Source: a phage. Taken from it: a DNA stretch of 64,000 nt. How positions within the stretch are numbered: the first letter of the stretch is position 1; the number at the start of each line of letters is the position of its first letter. Below, piece after piece: positions 29,671 to 37,962 of the stretch. The stretch lies in the sequence record PZ151149.1, one strand, 5' to 3'. Made by a program: the position numbers and the translations under genes. Below the pieces are notes generated by a model. The model searched no databases. It saw nothing but the letters and a program-made list of their open reading frames with translations, and had not been told where the DNA came from.

Positions 29671-29874
29671 TTACACTTCCCAGGCTTCTTTGCTAAGAAA
29701 ACACCATTTATACTCAGGAGAATAACCTTTAATCGGTACGCCAGCTTTGCGTAATTCCTGCGTTTCAACAAGATAATCATGCCCATACGGTCGACCTTCC
29801 ACGATGATAGGAAGTTCAACGCCTTTCATGAAAGAATATCCGCCATTGTCAAAAATTTCAATTTTAATTTTCAT
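29671..29874 (-). CDS. hypothetical protein, tandem paralog B
   Basis: MKIKIEIFDNGGYSFMKGVELPIIV... Confidence 0.5.
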   Translation of the reverse strand: MKIKIEIFDNGGYSFMKGVELPIIVEGRPYGHDYLVETQELRKAGVPIKGYSPEYKWCFLSKEAWEV

Positions 29875-30119
29875 TTTACATTATCTCCATAGATCTTTCC
29901 ATCAATATCAATTTCACCAGCGCGAACATCCAGTATAAGATGCGGTAGGTGTATGCAGTTTTCCCAGCCTACGCGCTTCATTTCTTCTACGGTAACGTAA
30001 GCCCATCCGTTCGCTGTAATAAAGTCTACTTCAACCTTAAGAGGAAAGCAAGACTTTTCTATGTCTTCGAATCCAACAATATGTTTTGTTGTTGAATATG
30101 GGATGTATCCGACGATCAT
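29871..30119 (-). CDS. hypothetical protein
   Basis: ATG with AAGGAG SD. Confidence 0.45.
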   Translation of the reverse strand: MIVGYIPYSTTKHIVGFEDIEKSCFPLKVEVDFITANGWAYVTVEEMKRVGWENCIHLPHLILDVRAGEIDIDGKIYGDNVK

Positions 30120-30334
30120 TTTGTGATCTCCTTATACTCAACACACCATAAGCGGGTAGCCCATGATAAACGCTCGTAACGCTGGCAGAAATCGGACCAT
30201 AGATATTGTGTGCCGTCCTGCATAGTTGAAATATGCGTTTTCTCTCCCACTTTCACGAAAGAAGTATTAGATTTTGTGATCTCGACCGGAGTATATCCGA
30301 AAGCTGGCGGTATTACTGATTCGTTGGTCTTCAT
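30116..30334 (-). CDS. hypothetical protein
   Basis: ATG at 30334 with GAGGAA SD. Confidence 0.45.
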   Translation of the reverse strand: MKTNESVIPPAFGYTPVEITKSNTSFVKVGEKTHISTMQDGTQYLWSDFCQRYERLSWATRLWCVEYKEITK

Positions 30335-30344
30335 TCTATATTCC

Positions 30345-30542
30345 TCACTCTTCTGTTTCATTTCTTTTATATGGTACTATAACAGGATTAATACAGCAAG
30401 CACCAATTACGTTATGAGCACCACAATTTAAACATTTATAATCATGGAACTTATTAAGGAATCGACCAAACTCATAACCGACTAACGCCGCATGTACTTG
30501 AGTCTCGATCTCATCCATATCAGCTAATGTTTTAACCTTCAT
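30345..30542 (-). CDS. hypothetical protein (Cys-rich)
   Basis: ATG at 30542 with GAGGA SD. Confidence 0.4.
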   Translation of the reverse strand: MKVKTLADMDEIETQVHAALVGYEFGRFLNKFHDYKCLNCGAHNVIGACCINPVIVPYKRNETEE

Positions 30543-30552
30543 AATATAATCC

Positions 30553-30843
30553 TCAAATGGTAGTTTTGCGAAGATGGTCATTACATGCTTTTAATGCATC
30601 AGTCGAGGTGTCATAGCGAGTATTATCATAGCACCAGTAACCATCTGTCAACTGATAAATTAATCCATCCTTTTTAGCTTCGATGAAAGACAATTCTTTG
30701 AAAGTTTCTACTTTCTTTGCTGATACTCCACGATCGCGGCGTTTATACAGTTTAGCTAAAATGCGTTCGGCTTGTTCCTCTTTATCGCCAGACAGATCCC
30801 AGATAATACTGCGGATATGTTTGATTAATTGTTCAGTGGTCAT
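30553..30843 (-). CDS. hypothetical protein
   Basis: ATG at 30843 preceded by conserved leader AGGAGAATCAACA. Confidence 0.5.
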   Translation of the reverse strand: MTTEQLIKHIRSIIWDLSGDKEEQAERILAKLYKRRDRGVSAKKVETFKELSFIEAKKDGLIYQLTDGYWCYDNTRYDTSTDALKACNDHLRKTTI

Positions 30844-30929
30844 TGTTGATTCTCCTAGAAAGTGTCGTGCTTCGATGTGTGTATTGTGCAATAACACCGG
30901 ATCGCTGTCAACACTTTCTAAGAAAAATT

Positions 30930-31214
30930 TTAAATTAATCGAATATAGCCCAGAATTTCAGCACTTTTAGCCAGGTCTAAAACTTCCCATTCAAGGTCGC
31001 CGTAGTCATAATTTGCAACCATCAACTGATCATTTTTCATGCAGCAATCATGAGAGAAAATTTGCCCCGCATAAACTACGATAGTGATAAACTTTCCTGA
31101 TTCTGGCGGTGTGGAAGACAAAGCGACCATATGACCATTCAGCTTAGTCACCAGTGATGGAACAATAAAATTCGGGCTTACCTGAATGCTGTTAAATCCG
31201 TTTGTGTCTTTCAT
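30930..31214 (-). CDS. hypothetical protein
   Basis: 94-aa ORF. Confidence 0.45.
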   Translation of the reverse strand: MKDTNGFNSIQVSPNFIVPSLVTKLNGHMVALSSTPPESGKFITIVVYAGQIFSHDCCMKNDQLMVANYDYGDLEWEVLDLAKSAEILGYIRLI

Positions 31215-31561
31215 GCCAGACCTCGCAAAACACTAATAGCATAATCATGCTGGTTATTCATAATATCAATTGCGTTGTGATAGCGAGCTAAACCATCAAG
31301 GATAAATTCTTGTTTATCCTGTTTCAGTTTGGTATCACGCGCAGCCATAAGAGCATCAAGAACAGGTCCAAAGTGATTATCTAATTCATCTTCGGTTGCA
31401 ATGTTTCCTATTGCCTCGTCGATCCGTGATTCTAATGCTTGCTTTTCGTTGATCACTTGCTGGGTATATTCCAACACATCAAGAATATCGCGGGTAACGT
31501 CGCCATGATAAGGTATTCCCGCGTGAATATGATCAATTAATCGCTGAATATCAATGTTCAA
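31211..31561 (-). CDS. hypothetical protein
   Basis: 116-aa ORF; apparent TTG start after GAGGAGGG. Confidence 0.4.
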   Translation of the reverse strand: MNIDIQRLIDHIHAGIPYHGDVTRDILDVLEYTQQVINEKQALESRIDEAIGNIATEDELDNHFGPVLDALMAARDTKLKQDKQEFILDGLARYHNAIDIMNNQHDYAISVLRGLA

Positions 31562-31880
31562 TTGTAACCCTCCTCTGAAAGTACATCCCAGATCGTTGCG
31601 TCAAGGTGCATTAAATTCCACATAATAGAGTCATAACTACCGAAGCCAGAAGTAAAAATTACATCACACTGACGATAGGTCTTATGAAAATCGGTAGCTG
31701 TCTCTGCATCAATCGGCATATCGTCACCTGAAAGCACCAGACAGAATCATAACCCTGTTAGCCGTTGGCGCTTGCTTAGTCTTTTCAGCATATTTTTCGA
31801 TGATCCGTTTTGCCTTTTCTTCTTTGATACGTCCAGACCAAATCCGGTTTCGGTATTGATTCATAATAATTTCAATCACA

Positions 31881-32090
31881 TCATTTTGCATTCTTCACGG
31901 TCTCCATAATTGTTTTGTAAGCCAGTTTAAGATGATCACCGAAAAACTTTGCGGTGTTACCCTTCGGATCGCGGAGCATGGTTTCTACGATCTCATCGGC
32001 AGTAACAATTTCTCCTTTCTTTGCTGCATGTTCTACCATATACTTCAAAGTTTCTTCGGAAGCAAGTGCTGCCGCTACTGGATTAATCAT
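31881..32090 (-). CDS. hypothetical protein
   Basis: 69-aa ORF preceded by conserved leader and promoter. Confidence 0.45.
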   Translation of the reverse strand: MINPVAAALASEETLKYMVEHAAKKGEIVTADEIVETMLRDPKGNTAKFFGDHLKLAYKTIMETVKNAK

Positions 32091-32120
32091 TTTTGATTCT
32101 CCTTTGTTGTCGATGTGTGC

Positions 32121-32149
32121 ATTATGCTATACACTATTCCGGTTGTCAA
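32121..32149 (-). promoter_or_regulatory. Early promoter TTGACA-17-CATAAT
   Basis: On minus strand upstream of 31881..32090. Confidence 0.45.
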
Positions 32150-32157
32150 CACCTAAA

Positions 32158-32186
32158 AACAAAAAAGCCACCCTTTCGGATGGCTT
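32158..32186 (-). terminator. Rho-independent terminator
   Basis: Minus-strand hairpin AGCCAUCC-GAAA-GGGUGGCU + UUUUUUG. Confidence 0.6.
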
Positions 32187-32418
32187 TTGATTATATTTTA
32201 TTCACGTCCATTTGTATAGTAGTGTTTGAATCGACCTTTGCTAAACTAGTTAAACATAGTAACCAATTCACCATCCCTTTCCAATGATAACCCTTCCTCG
32301 TCTTAGACGGGTCTTCCGATTCGGCAGTAATTGAACACGCGAAAGTATGAGGAAGCCAAATAGTTGTGTTAATGCTAGTATTCTTTTACTTATGGTATGC
32401 ATCCCACGGTGACTAACA

Positions 32419-32817
32419 TTAAGCCAGTCGAGTGAGTTTATAAATTGTTTTAAAGCATAGAGCTTTGATATCGTCTAAAATGCTCTGTAACGAGCTATCA
32501 ACATCATTATAAATCTCACTAGCCATTTGCGTTAACTCTTGCAAATAGGCAATTTCGCTAATCTCCTTGCGGACGACCAACTTTGGCTGATAACGACCAG
32601 TGATCCCAATATTGGTTTCAGTGAAATTATCAACCAATTCTTGCATTTCAAGATAGAACTCTTCTAGAGCCTTATGTTTTGCATAAGATCCAGGACCAGT
32701 TACCCCAAAATGCGCAGAATGCATATAAGTAACACTCATCAGACATTCACCGATAAAGCGGTCAACTTTATTAGCCTTTCCCTCTTCGGAAGTCTTTAGA
32801 AAATCACTGAATTTCAT
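32419..32817 (-). CDS. Dps/ferritin-like protein
   Basis: HSAHFGVTGPGSYAKHKALEEFY matches the Dps ferroxidase-site signature (H[WF].V.GP.F...H...EE.Y); ATG at 32817 with GGAGAATC SD. Confidence 0.55.
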   Translation of the reverse strand: MKFSDFLKTSEEGKANKVDRFIGECLMSVTYMHSAHFGVTGPGSYAKHKALEEFYLEMQELVDNFTETNIGITGRYQPKLVVRKEISEIAYLQELTQMASEIYNDVDSSLQSILDDIKALCFKTIYKLTRLA

Positions 32818-33106
32818 GTTCTCGATTCTCCATATTATGCAACAGAACAAATTGTTGTGCGGCATATCCCCCCATAATAAAACACTGCCTAGAATCCATA
32901 CATTTACTACGAGCATACATCTTCATAATATGGGCATGAAATTTCTGGCTGGTTTCAATGGAAGGAGATATTTTGTTTACATATACTATCATTGCGCCGT
33001 CGAAATAATCAGTAAAGTCACCAGTTGGATCATATTGATCAGCACTGACACTTCCGACCGCAGTCAAGCATATTGCCGCTGTTAGAGTTTTACGAATAAA
33101 TGACAT
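32804..33106 (-). CDS. hypothetical secreted protein (N-terminal signal peptide)
   Basis: MSFIRKTLTAAICLTAVGSVSA-DQ... typical Sec signal. Confidence 0.5.
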   Translation of the reverse strand: MSFIRKTLTAAICLTAVGSVSADQYDPTGDFTDYFDGAMIVYVNKISPSIETSQKFHAHIMKMYARSKCMDSRQCFIMGGYAAQQFVLLHNMENREHEIQ

Positions 33107-33174
33107 AAGTCATTCCCCCAGATTGAAAATATTCAGTTATATTTATAATCCGGGGCTTTATTTATGATTAACTC

Positions 33175-33771
33175 TTATTTGGTAGTACCATCAATAAAAT
33201 GTTTACGACACACAGAAACATATTTATCCTCTGCACCAACTTCTATTTGAGCACCATCGCGAATAACATTACCATCTTTATCTACGCGAAGGACCATAGT
33301 CGCTTTCTTGCCACAATGACAAATACCCTTCATTTCGACCAGTTTATCAGCAAATGCCATTAATGCCGCAGATCCTTCAAATAGATTGCCCTGAAAGTCA
33401 GTGCGAAGGCCATAGCACAGTACAGGGATATTAGCATCATCAACAAGCGCACACAAGCCTAAAACATGCTCTTTAGTCATAAATTGGGCTTCATCTACAA
33501 ATACAGCATCAGGACGCCAGCGATCCGTTCTACGCTTACCTAACGATTCACGATAAACCAAGTCGAAAAGATCATCCGATTTAGTGAAGGTGATCGCTGG
33601 AGCACTTAGGCCAATTCGGGAAACGACTTCACTTTCTGAATCTCGATTATCAATCGCTGGCTTAAGAATTAATACTCGCATATCACGTTCTGTATAGTTA
33701 TAAGCACTTTGTAACAGAGAAGTTGATTTGCCAGCGTTCATAGATGCATAGTAGAAATATAATTGCGCCAT
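33175..33771 (-). CDS. tk: Thymidine kinase
   Basis: Walker A AMNAGKST, VDEAQF, CYGLRTDF, VCR.H; strong similarity to T4 Tk. Confidence 0.9.
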   Translation of the reverse strand: MAQLYFYYASMNAGKSTSLLQSAYNYTERDMRVLILKPAIDNRDSESEVVSRIGLSAPAITFTKSDDLFDLVYRESLGKRRTDRWRPDAVFVDEAQFMTKEHVLGLCALVDDANIPVLCYGLRTDFQGNLFEGSAALMAFADKLVEMKGICHCGKKATMVLRVDKDGNVIRDGAQIEVGAEDKYVSVCRKHFIDGTTK

Positions 33772-34064
33772 TAATTAATCTCCAAAAATCCAACAAGACC
33801 TAAACCGATATAAGTCCAGATACCAATAAAAAAGATGTTAATGCTCATGGCAAGGATAAACCCTTTCAGCGTTTTGGGATACCCGACCCAATATTCCCGA
33901 CCATCTTCTAACCGGATCAGTTTATTGCCTTGCGAGTCCATATCAACTACAACATGTTTATTTCGAGATTGCAATAGATATTGTTTTACAATCTCTACAC
34001 CCGCCATAATAACAATAACGAAAATAAAAGTCCACACAACAAGATTAATGATAGTCTCAAGCAT
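33771..34064 (-). CDS. hypothetical membrane protein
   Basis: Two predicted TM segments. Confidence 0.5.
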   Translation of the reverse strand: MLETIINLVVWTFIFVIVIMAGVEIVKQYLLQSRNKHVVVDMDSQGNKLIRLEDGREYWVGYPKTLKGFILAMSINIFFIGIWTYIGLGLVGFLEIN

Positions 34065-34275
34065 TTTCTATCACCTCCACCCAATCAGGTGTTTCCTGAA
34101 AGACTCCTTCACCTTCATGATGGTCGCAACCTTTATTGCTACAATACATCCACCAATCCCACATTCCCCACGGTAAACGCTGCATATCGTCGTTACAGCA
34201 AGTGAAGATAATAGGCCAACCACATCTAACACATCGGCAGTTTTCTTTCATGTGAGCGGTATTAGGCTTCTTCAT
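34057..34275 (-). CDS. hypothetical Cys-rich protein
   Basis: CRCVRCGW...CC...C...GCDHH; ATGA overlap with upstream stop. Confidence 0.4.
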   Translation of the reverse strand: MKKPNTAHMKENCRCVRCGWPIIFTCCNDDMQRLPWGMWDWWMYCSNKGCDHHEGEGVFQETPDWVEVIENA

Positions 34276-34466
34276 AGATGACTCCAATATAATCGACATT
34301 TACATTTAGGGCAATGCGGTTCTTTAATATAATACCCGTCTGTCTTTGGAACACTAACAGGAGCGGTTTTTATATTGTATTCAGTGAAACAACGAAAACA
34401 AGTTACGTTTTCTACAGACTGACGTTTCACCCAATCACCGGAATATAGATCATTTTTATTTGTCAT
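34272..34466 (-). CDS. hypothetical zinc-ribbon-like protein
   Basis: CFRC ... CPKCKC pairs; ATG at 34466. Confidence 0.4.
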   Translation of the reverse strand: MTNKNDLYSGDWVKRQSVENVTCFRCFTEYNIKTAPVSVPKTDGYYIKEPHCPKCKCRLYWSHL

Positions 34467-34911
34467 ATTCAACCACCACAATATTGATATCTGGAGTAGC
34501 AATATTAATGATCTCTTCTACACATTCCCACTCAAGGCCACCGATACCGCAACCGATTTTAGGAATATAGAAAGGCTGTATAGCACCTTCAAAAACATCA
34601 TTGATAGTCTCAAATCCTTTCAGGATAGCACCATATTCAGCATTTGGACCCGGTCGGAATTGGGTATAGAGATTAACCCCGCACCAGTTATAACCATTAA
34701 CTTGATGCGTCCAGACACTAAACCCACCCAGCTTTTCTACCTTACCGCGAGAAGTTTGCTTGTCAATCTCTAACGCTTGTGGGAACTCTTTCGCGATCTT
34801 CGCAGCAATACCAGCGCCCATAGTATGAAAACAATTACAACCATGAATTAAATGACCGTTTCCTTGTTTAAACAGGGCGATGAGATCGCCCTTTACAGTA
34901 TCAATAATCAT
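34456..34911 (-). CDS. Macro-domain protein (ADP-ribose binding/processing)
   Basis: HGCNC, MGAGIAAKIA, GCGIGGL motifs characteristic of macro domains; ATG at 34911 with GGAGG SD. Confidence 0.6.
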   Translation of the reverse strand: MIIDTVKGDLIALFKQGNGHLIHGCNCFHTMGAGIAAKIAKEFPQALEIDKQTSRGKVEKLGGFSVWTHQVNGYNWCGVNLYTQFRPGPNAEYGAILKGFETINDVFEGAIQPFYIPKIGCGIGGLEWECVEEIINIATPDINIVVVEYDK

Positions 34912-34926
34912 AATATAAACCTCCAA

Positions 34927-35286
34927 TTAGTCACGGGAAGACAACCCAGCCATAAAACGGCTTAAAAGCGTGTCACGATAAGCAAAGCATAATTGCTTAT
35001 CAGGGGCAGTATCACACAGGTTGCGTTTTGTTTTAGCGAAACTGGCAATACTAAGATCCCATGCTCGATTTTTTCGTTTTTCATCTCGGCCTTGTTTATA
35101 GGCTTCGTCGAGTTCAAGTGCGATAAAATCGCTACACATGTTATCATCATCACAGAAGGTTTTAATGATCTTTTTGTTGATCTCAAATCCTTTGTATTCG
35201 AACTTTGGATAAGGTCGCTCATTACTAGCAAGCGCACCAGCAGAGAACATCATAGCAATCATAGCAATTATTGTCAACTTTTTCAT
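34927..35286 (-). CDS. hypothetical secreted protein
   Basis: N-terminal signal peptide MKKLTIIAMIAMMFSAGALA. Confidence 0.5.
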   Translation of the reverse strand: MKKLTIIAMIAMMFSAGALASNERPYPKFEYKGFEINKKIIKTFCDDDNMCSDFIALELDEAYKQGRDEKRKNRAWDLSIASFAKTKRNLCDTAPDKQLCFAYRDTLLSRFMAGLSSRD

Positions 35287-35293
35287 ACATTCC

Positions 35294-35884
35294 TCAATAG
35301 CGTTTAGTTTTAAGAATGCCTTTACTCTTTAGATGGTTAGCTTTTTTTAGTACGTCATCAGCATAACCTAAACCGGCTTTATAGTTCCACCCTGCATTGT
35401 AAGAAGCTAGCGCGAGTCGGATATTACCGTTTCGAACATCCAGCCAGTATGCTAACTCATCCATCGCGTAGAATGCAGAAACCTCGCGATTCATGATAAA
35501 GTTGATAGTCTGGCGATCACTCATTTTAACACCGCGCTTTGCATTTTTCGCTTTCACCGTTTTAAGGTAATTTTGAAATAATCCATAAGCATGATGATTT
35601 TTCTTTGGTGATAAGTTTGCACCCGCGCTTGATTCTTGCCATGCGATACCCGCCAAGATGTGACCTAAACCCTTTCCGTTATAGCGAATATTCGGATGGT
35701 CCTTTTTCAACTTACCGCTTTTCTCGAATTGCTCGCCGTATTGATAGGCGAAATGTAAATTATCTAGTTGGTGTGCTGTAAAGTTGTCTATCGGCGCTTT
35801 TTTGATCGGTGCGCTAGTCGATGCGTGTGTAGCACCAACGGCTAGTGACAGACTCAATACTATCGCTTTTAGAACTTTTAACAT
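35294..35884 (-). CDS. Secreted lytic transglycosylase (SLT-domain) protein
   Basis: Signal peptide then GIAWQESS ... YGLFQ ... SYNAG motifs of family-1 lytic transglycosylases. Confidence 0.6.
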   Translation of the reverse strand: MLKVLKAIVLSLSLAVGATHASTSAPIKKAPIDNFTAHQLDNLHFAYQYGEQFEKSGKLKKDHPNIRYNGKGLGHILAGIAWQESSAGANLSPKKNHHAYGLFQNYLKTVKAKNAKRGVKMSDRQTINFIMNREVSAFYAMDELAYWLDVRNGNIRLALASYNAGWNYKAGLGYADDVLKKANHLKSKGILKTKRY

Positions 35885-35969
35885 TAATTTCTCCTGTTTG
35901 GCTTAACTTTCTGATTCCATAATATAGCCCTATCACCAGAAAGTCAAGCATTAATTTAACAAATTTCCA

Positions 35970-36392
35970 TTATTGGTCTACCCTCAAAACAACAGCCGAC
36001 ATTTTACCCGCAAGTCGTTTTGGATTCTCTATAATCATTCGGCAGCATAGACCGTGATACGGTTTACCCTCTTCGATTAGATCTACTGTCATTCCGATCC
36101 ACATGTTACCGTCAGTAATTTCTAATCGATTAGGTCGGTCTTCCATTTTCAGGAAGTCGAAGATCTCCGGCAAACGAGTTTCTACCTTATTGAATAGTTC
36201 CATTGTCTTATGTTCATCGATATGACGATCGGTTAATCTGTCGATCATATGTGGACTAAAGCGAATGAAAATATACTCGCCGTAACCATCATTCAAGCAC
36301 TTTTCTTTGATCTGCGCATTGGTTTTGCGCATTTCGGTTTCGAAGAATCTGCGCAGCTTACTACGGCGAACATGTACGTTAATTGTTTCCAT
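35970..36392 (-). CDS. hypothetical protein
   Basis: ATG at 36392 with AAGGAG SD. Confidence 0.45.
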   Translation of the reverse strand: METINVHVRRSKLRRFFETEMRKTNAQIKEKCLNDGYGEYIFIRFSPHMIDRLTDRHIDEHKTMELFNKVETRLPEIFDFLKMEDRPNRLEITDGNMWIGMTVDLIEEGKPYHGLCCRMIIENPKRLAGKMSAVVLRVDQ

Positions 36393-36393
36393 T

Positions 36394-36732
36394 TTATTCT
36401 CCTTTCTTGAACAAATTGCGAAGCCAGTATACAAACGGGATTTCTTTAAACTTGAATTTCTCTATAGTTAATTCTTTAGTAGCAAGATGAATACCATAAG
36501 AATCATGTGTCACGATATGCCATTTTCTATAGTCCAAATGTGAACAACCATTTGAATCTAGGTTAATAATAGTTTCTCGCTCACTAGGATTGTTTTTCCA
36601 CGATTTTGTAATCGGATCGCACATAATTCGACCTAGCGTACCATGAATAATCTCGCATTTGTAAACCTTTCCGGCAGTGATATAAGCGCAACCGTCATAG
36701 TCGGTATAAACAAACACTTCTTTAACACTCAT
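36394..36732 (-). CDS. hypothetical protein, tandem paralog 1 of 3
   Basis: GCSHLDYRKWHIV motif shared with next two ORFs; ATG at 36732. Confidence 0.45.
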   Translation of the reverse strand: MSVKEVFVYTDYDGCAYITAGKVYKCEIIHGTLGRIMCDPITKSWKNNPSERETIINLDSNGCSHLDYRKWHIVTHDSYGIHLATKELTIEKFKFKEIPFVYWLRNLFKKGE

Positions 36733-36763
36733 TTTAATACTCCTTTGTAGTTTCGATGGGGGT

Positions 36764-36792
36764 ATATTACTACCCCCGTTTTGACGTGTCAA
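36764..36792 (-). promoter_or_regulatory. Early promoter with stem-loop (TTGACA-17-TAATAT)
   Basis: GGGGGUAGUAAUAUACCCCC hairpin spans -10. Confidence 0.45.
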
Positions 36793-37038
36793 CTACTTTT
36801 TCAAGAATTTTTTGAGTACATTCCAAAGACCTTTATTCTCGGCTTGTTTTGGTTCTTCGATCAGTGTCCATGTTCGACCGTCTAAGTGTGCACAATTTTT
36901 AAGGCAAATAAAAATCTGGTGTCCCTTATCATCACGGATATAACCACTATTCGCAAATCTTTCATGTGGTGTATATTCATACAGTGTATTCGGTGTAATA
37001 TACTTGCGGTTACTATAAGGTGTCGTTACATATTTCAT
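36793..37038 (-). CDS. hypothetical protein, tandem paralog 2 of 3
   Basis: YEYTPHERF..GYIRDDKGHQIFICL..CAHLDGRTWTL. Confidence 0.45.
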   Translation of the reverse strand: MKYVTTPYSNRKYITPNTLYEYTPHERFANSGYIRDDKGHQIFICLKNCAHLDGRTWTLIEEPKQAENKGLWNVLKKFLKK

Positions 37039-37229
37039 GGTACTAACTCCCAACGATCACCGCGAAGATGAGAACATCCACCATCAAGAAGGATCGTAAT
37101 ACGAAACCCCGCATCATCTTCAATATACCCGATAGTCGGTGGATGTTCGTCGTCTCGTGTCGGGGTAAAATCATACATCTTTCCCGGTGTGATATCATTG
37201 CCTTTATTGCTATTGGTATAAACTTGCAT
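37035..37229 (-). CDS. hypothetical protein, tandem paralog 3 of 3
   Basis: YDFTPTRDD..GYIEDDAGFRITILL..CSHLRGDRWEL. Confidence 0.45.
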   Translation of the reverse strand: MQVYTNSNKGNDITPGKMYDFTPTRDDEHPPTIGYIEDDAGFRITILLDGGCSHLRGDRWELVP

Positions 37230-37250
37230 TTTCTTAATCTCCTACATTAA

Positions 37251-37949
37251 CTAACCACGGGTATAGTGTTCCAGAACAACGGTCAGATGAATATATTCTA
37301 ATAAATCTTTCCAAAAGTCAACATCTGGTTCTTCCGGCATACCGTTTTTCTTTGCCTCTTCACGCGCGAGTTTAACACGCTCGTAGAGATCTTTCAATTC
37401 TTCCCGCACATTATCAAAGGTTCTTTCTCCTAACTTACACGCTAAAATAGAAGAACGTCGCGCGAGAGGGAATTGTAGATCACCAGTCTGATAGATTTCA
37501 AGTAGCTGATAACCAACACGCAGAGCATGAGAAAGGTCTTTCCAGTTACTGAAATACTTTTCAGATTTGGCTACCTGCTTTTTGAGATAACCGGAGCACC
37601 CCCACATACCAACATGATAGAATTTATCGCGATGTGTTCGGATGTATTCCCATTCTCTGGAGGATTCAATCAACATGTTACTAGGCGCGTGCACCATGTC
37701 AATAGCGCCGATATCACCTTTACATGCCAGATTGATAAACCGTTTTAGACTGAACATATTAACGTCAATATCGTCTTTGGTGTTCTTGATACCTTGACCG
37801 CTAGTGCTTTGGTCATAGTGTTCTTTCATCGATCCTAAGATAATTTCTTTCGCAGTCGGAACAAAGATACCACGATAATCTTTATCGGAATTTTCAGTAT
37901 CAAGGCCGTATAAGTGAGATCCGAAGACCATTTTAACCATTGTATGCAT
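37251..37949 (-). CDS. Predicted nucleotidyltransferase (pol-beta superfamily)
   Basis: N-terminal FGSHLYGLDTENSDKDYRGIF matches the GS-x9-13-D-x-D nucleotidyltransferase signature. Confidence 0.55.
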   Translation of the reverse strand: MHTMVKMVFGSHLYGLDTENSDKDYRGIFVPTAKEIILGSMKEHYDQSTSGQGIKNTKDDIDVNMFSLKRFINLACKGDIGAIDMVHAPSNMLIESSREWEYIRTHRDKFYHVGMWGCSGYLKKQVAKSEKYFSNWKDLSHALRVGYQLLEIYQTGDLQFPLARRSSILACKLGERTFDNVREELKDLYERVKLAREEAKKNGMPEEPDVDFWKDLLEYIHLTVVLEHYTRG

Positions 37950-37962
37950 AATTAAACCCTCA

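Noticed and set aside
31563-31891. Possible frameshifted pseudogene or programmed frameshift between two ~55-aa reading frames
   Set aside because: The second frame has its own ATG preceded by AGGTGA exactly where the first frame stops, so two translationally coupled small genes is simpler; both are below the ORF-track cutoff and remain low-confidence.
32817-32916. N-terminal 33-aa extension of the Dps-like ORF (longest-ORF start at 32916)
   Set aside because: The extension overlaps the upstream signal-peptide gene, and the internal ATG at 32817 has the conserved GGAGAATC leader.
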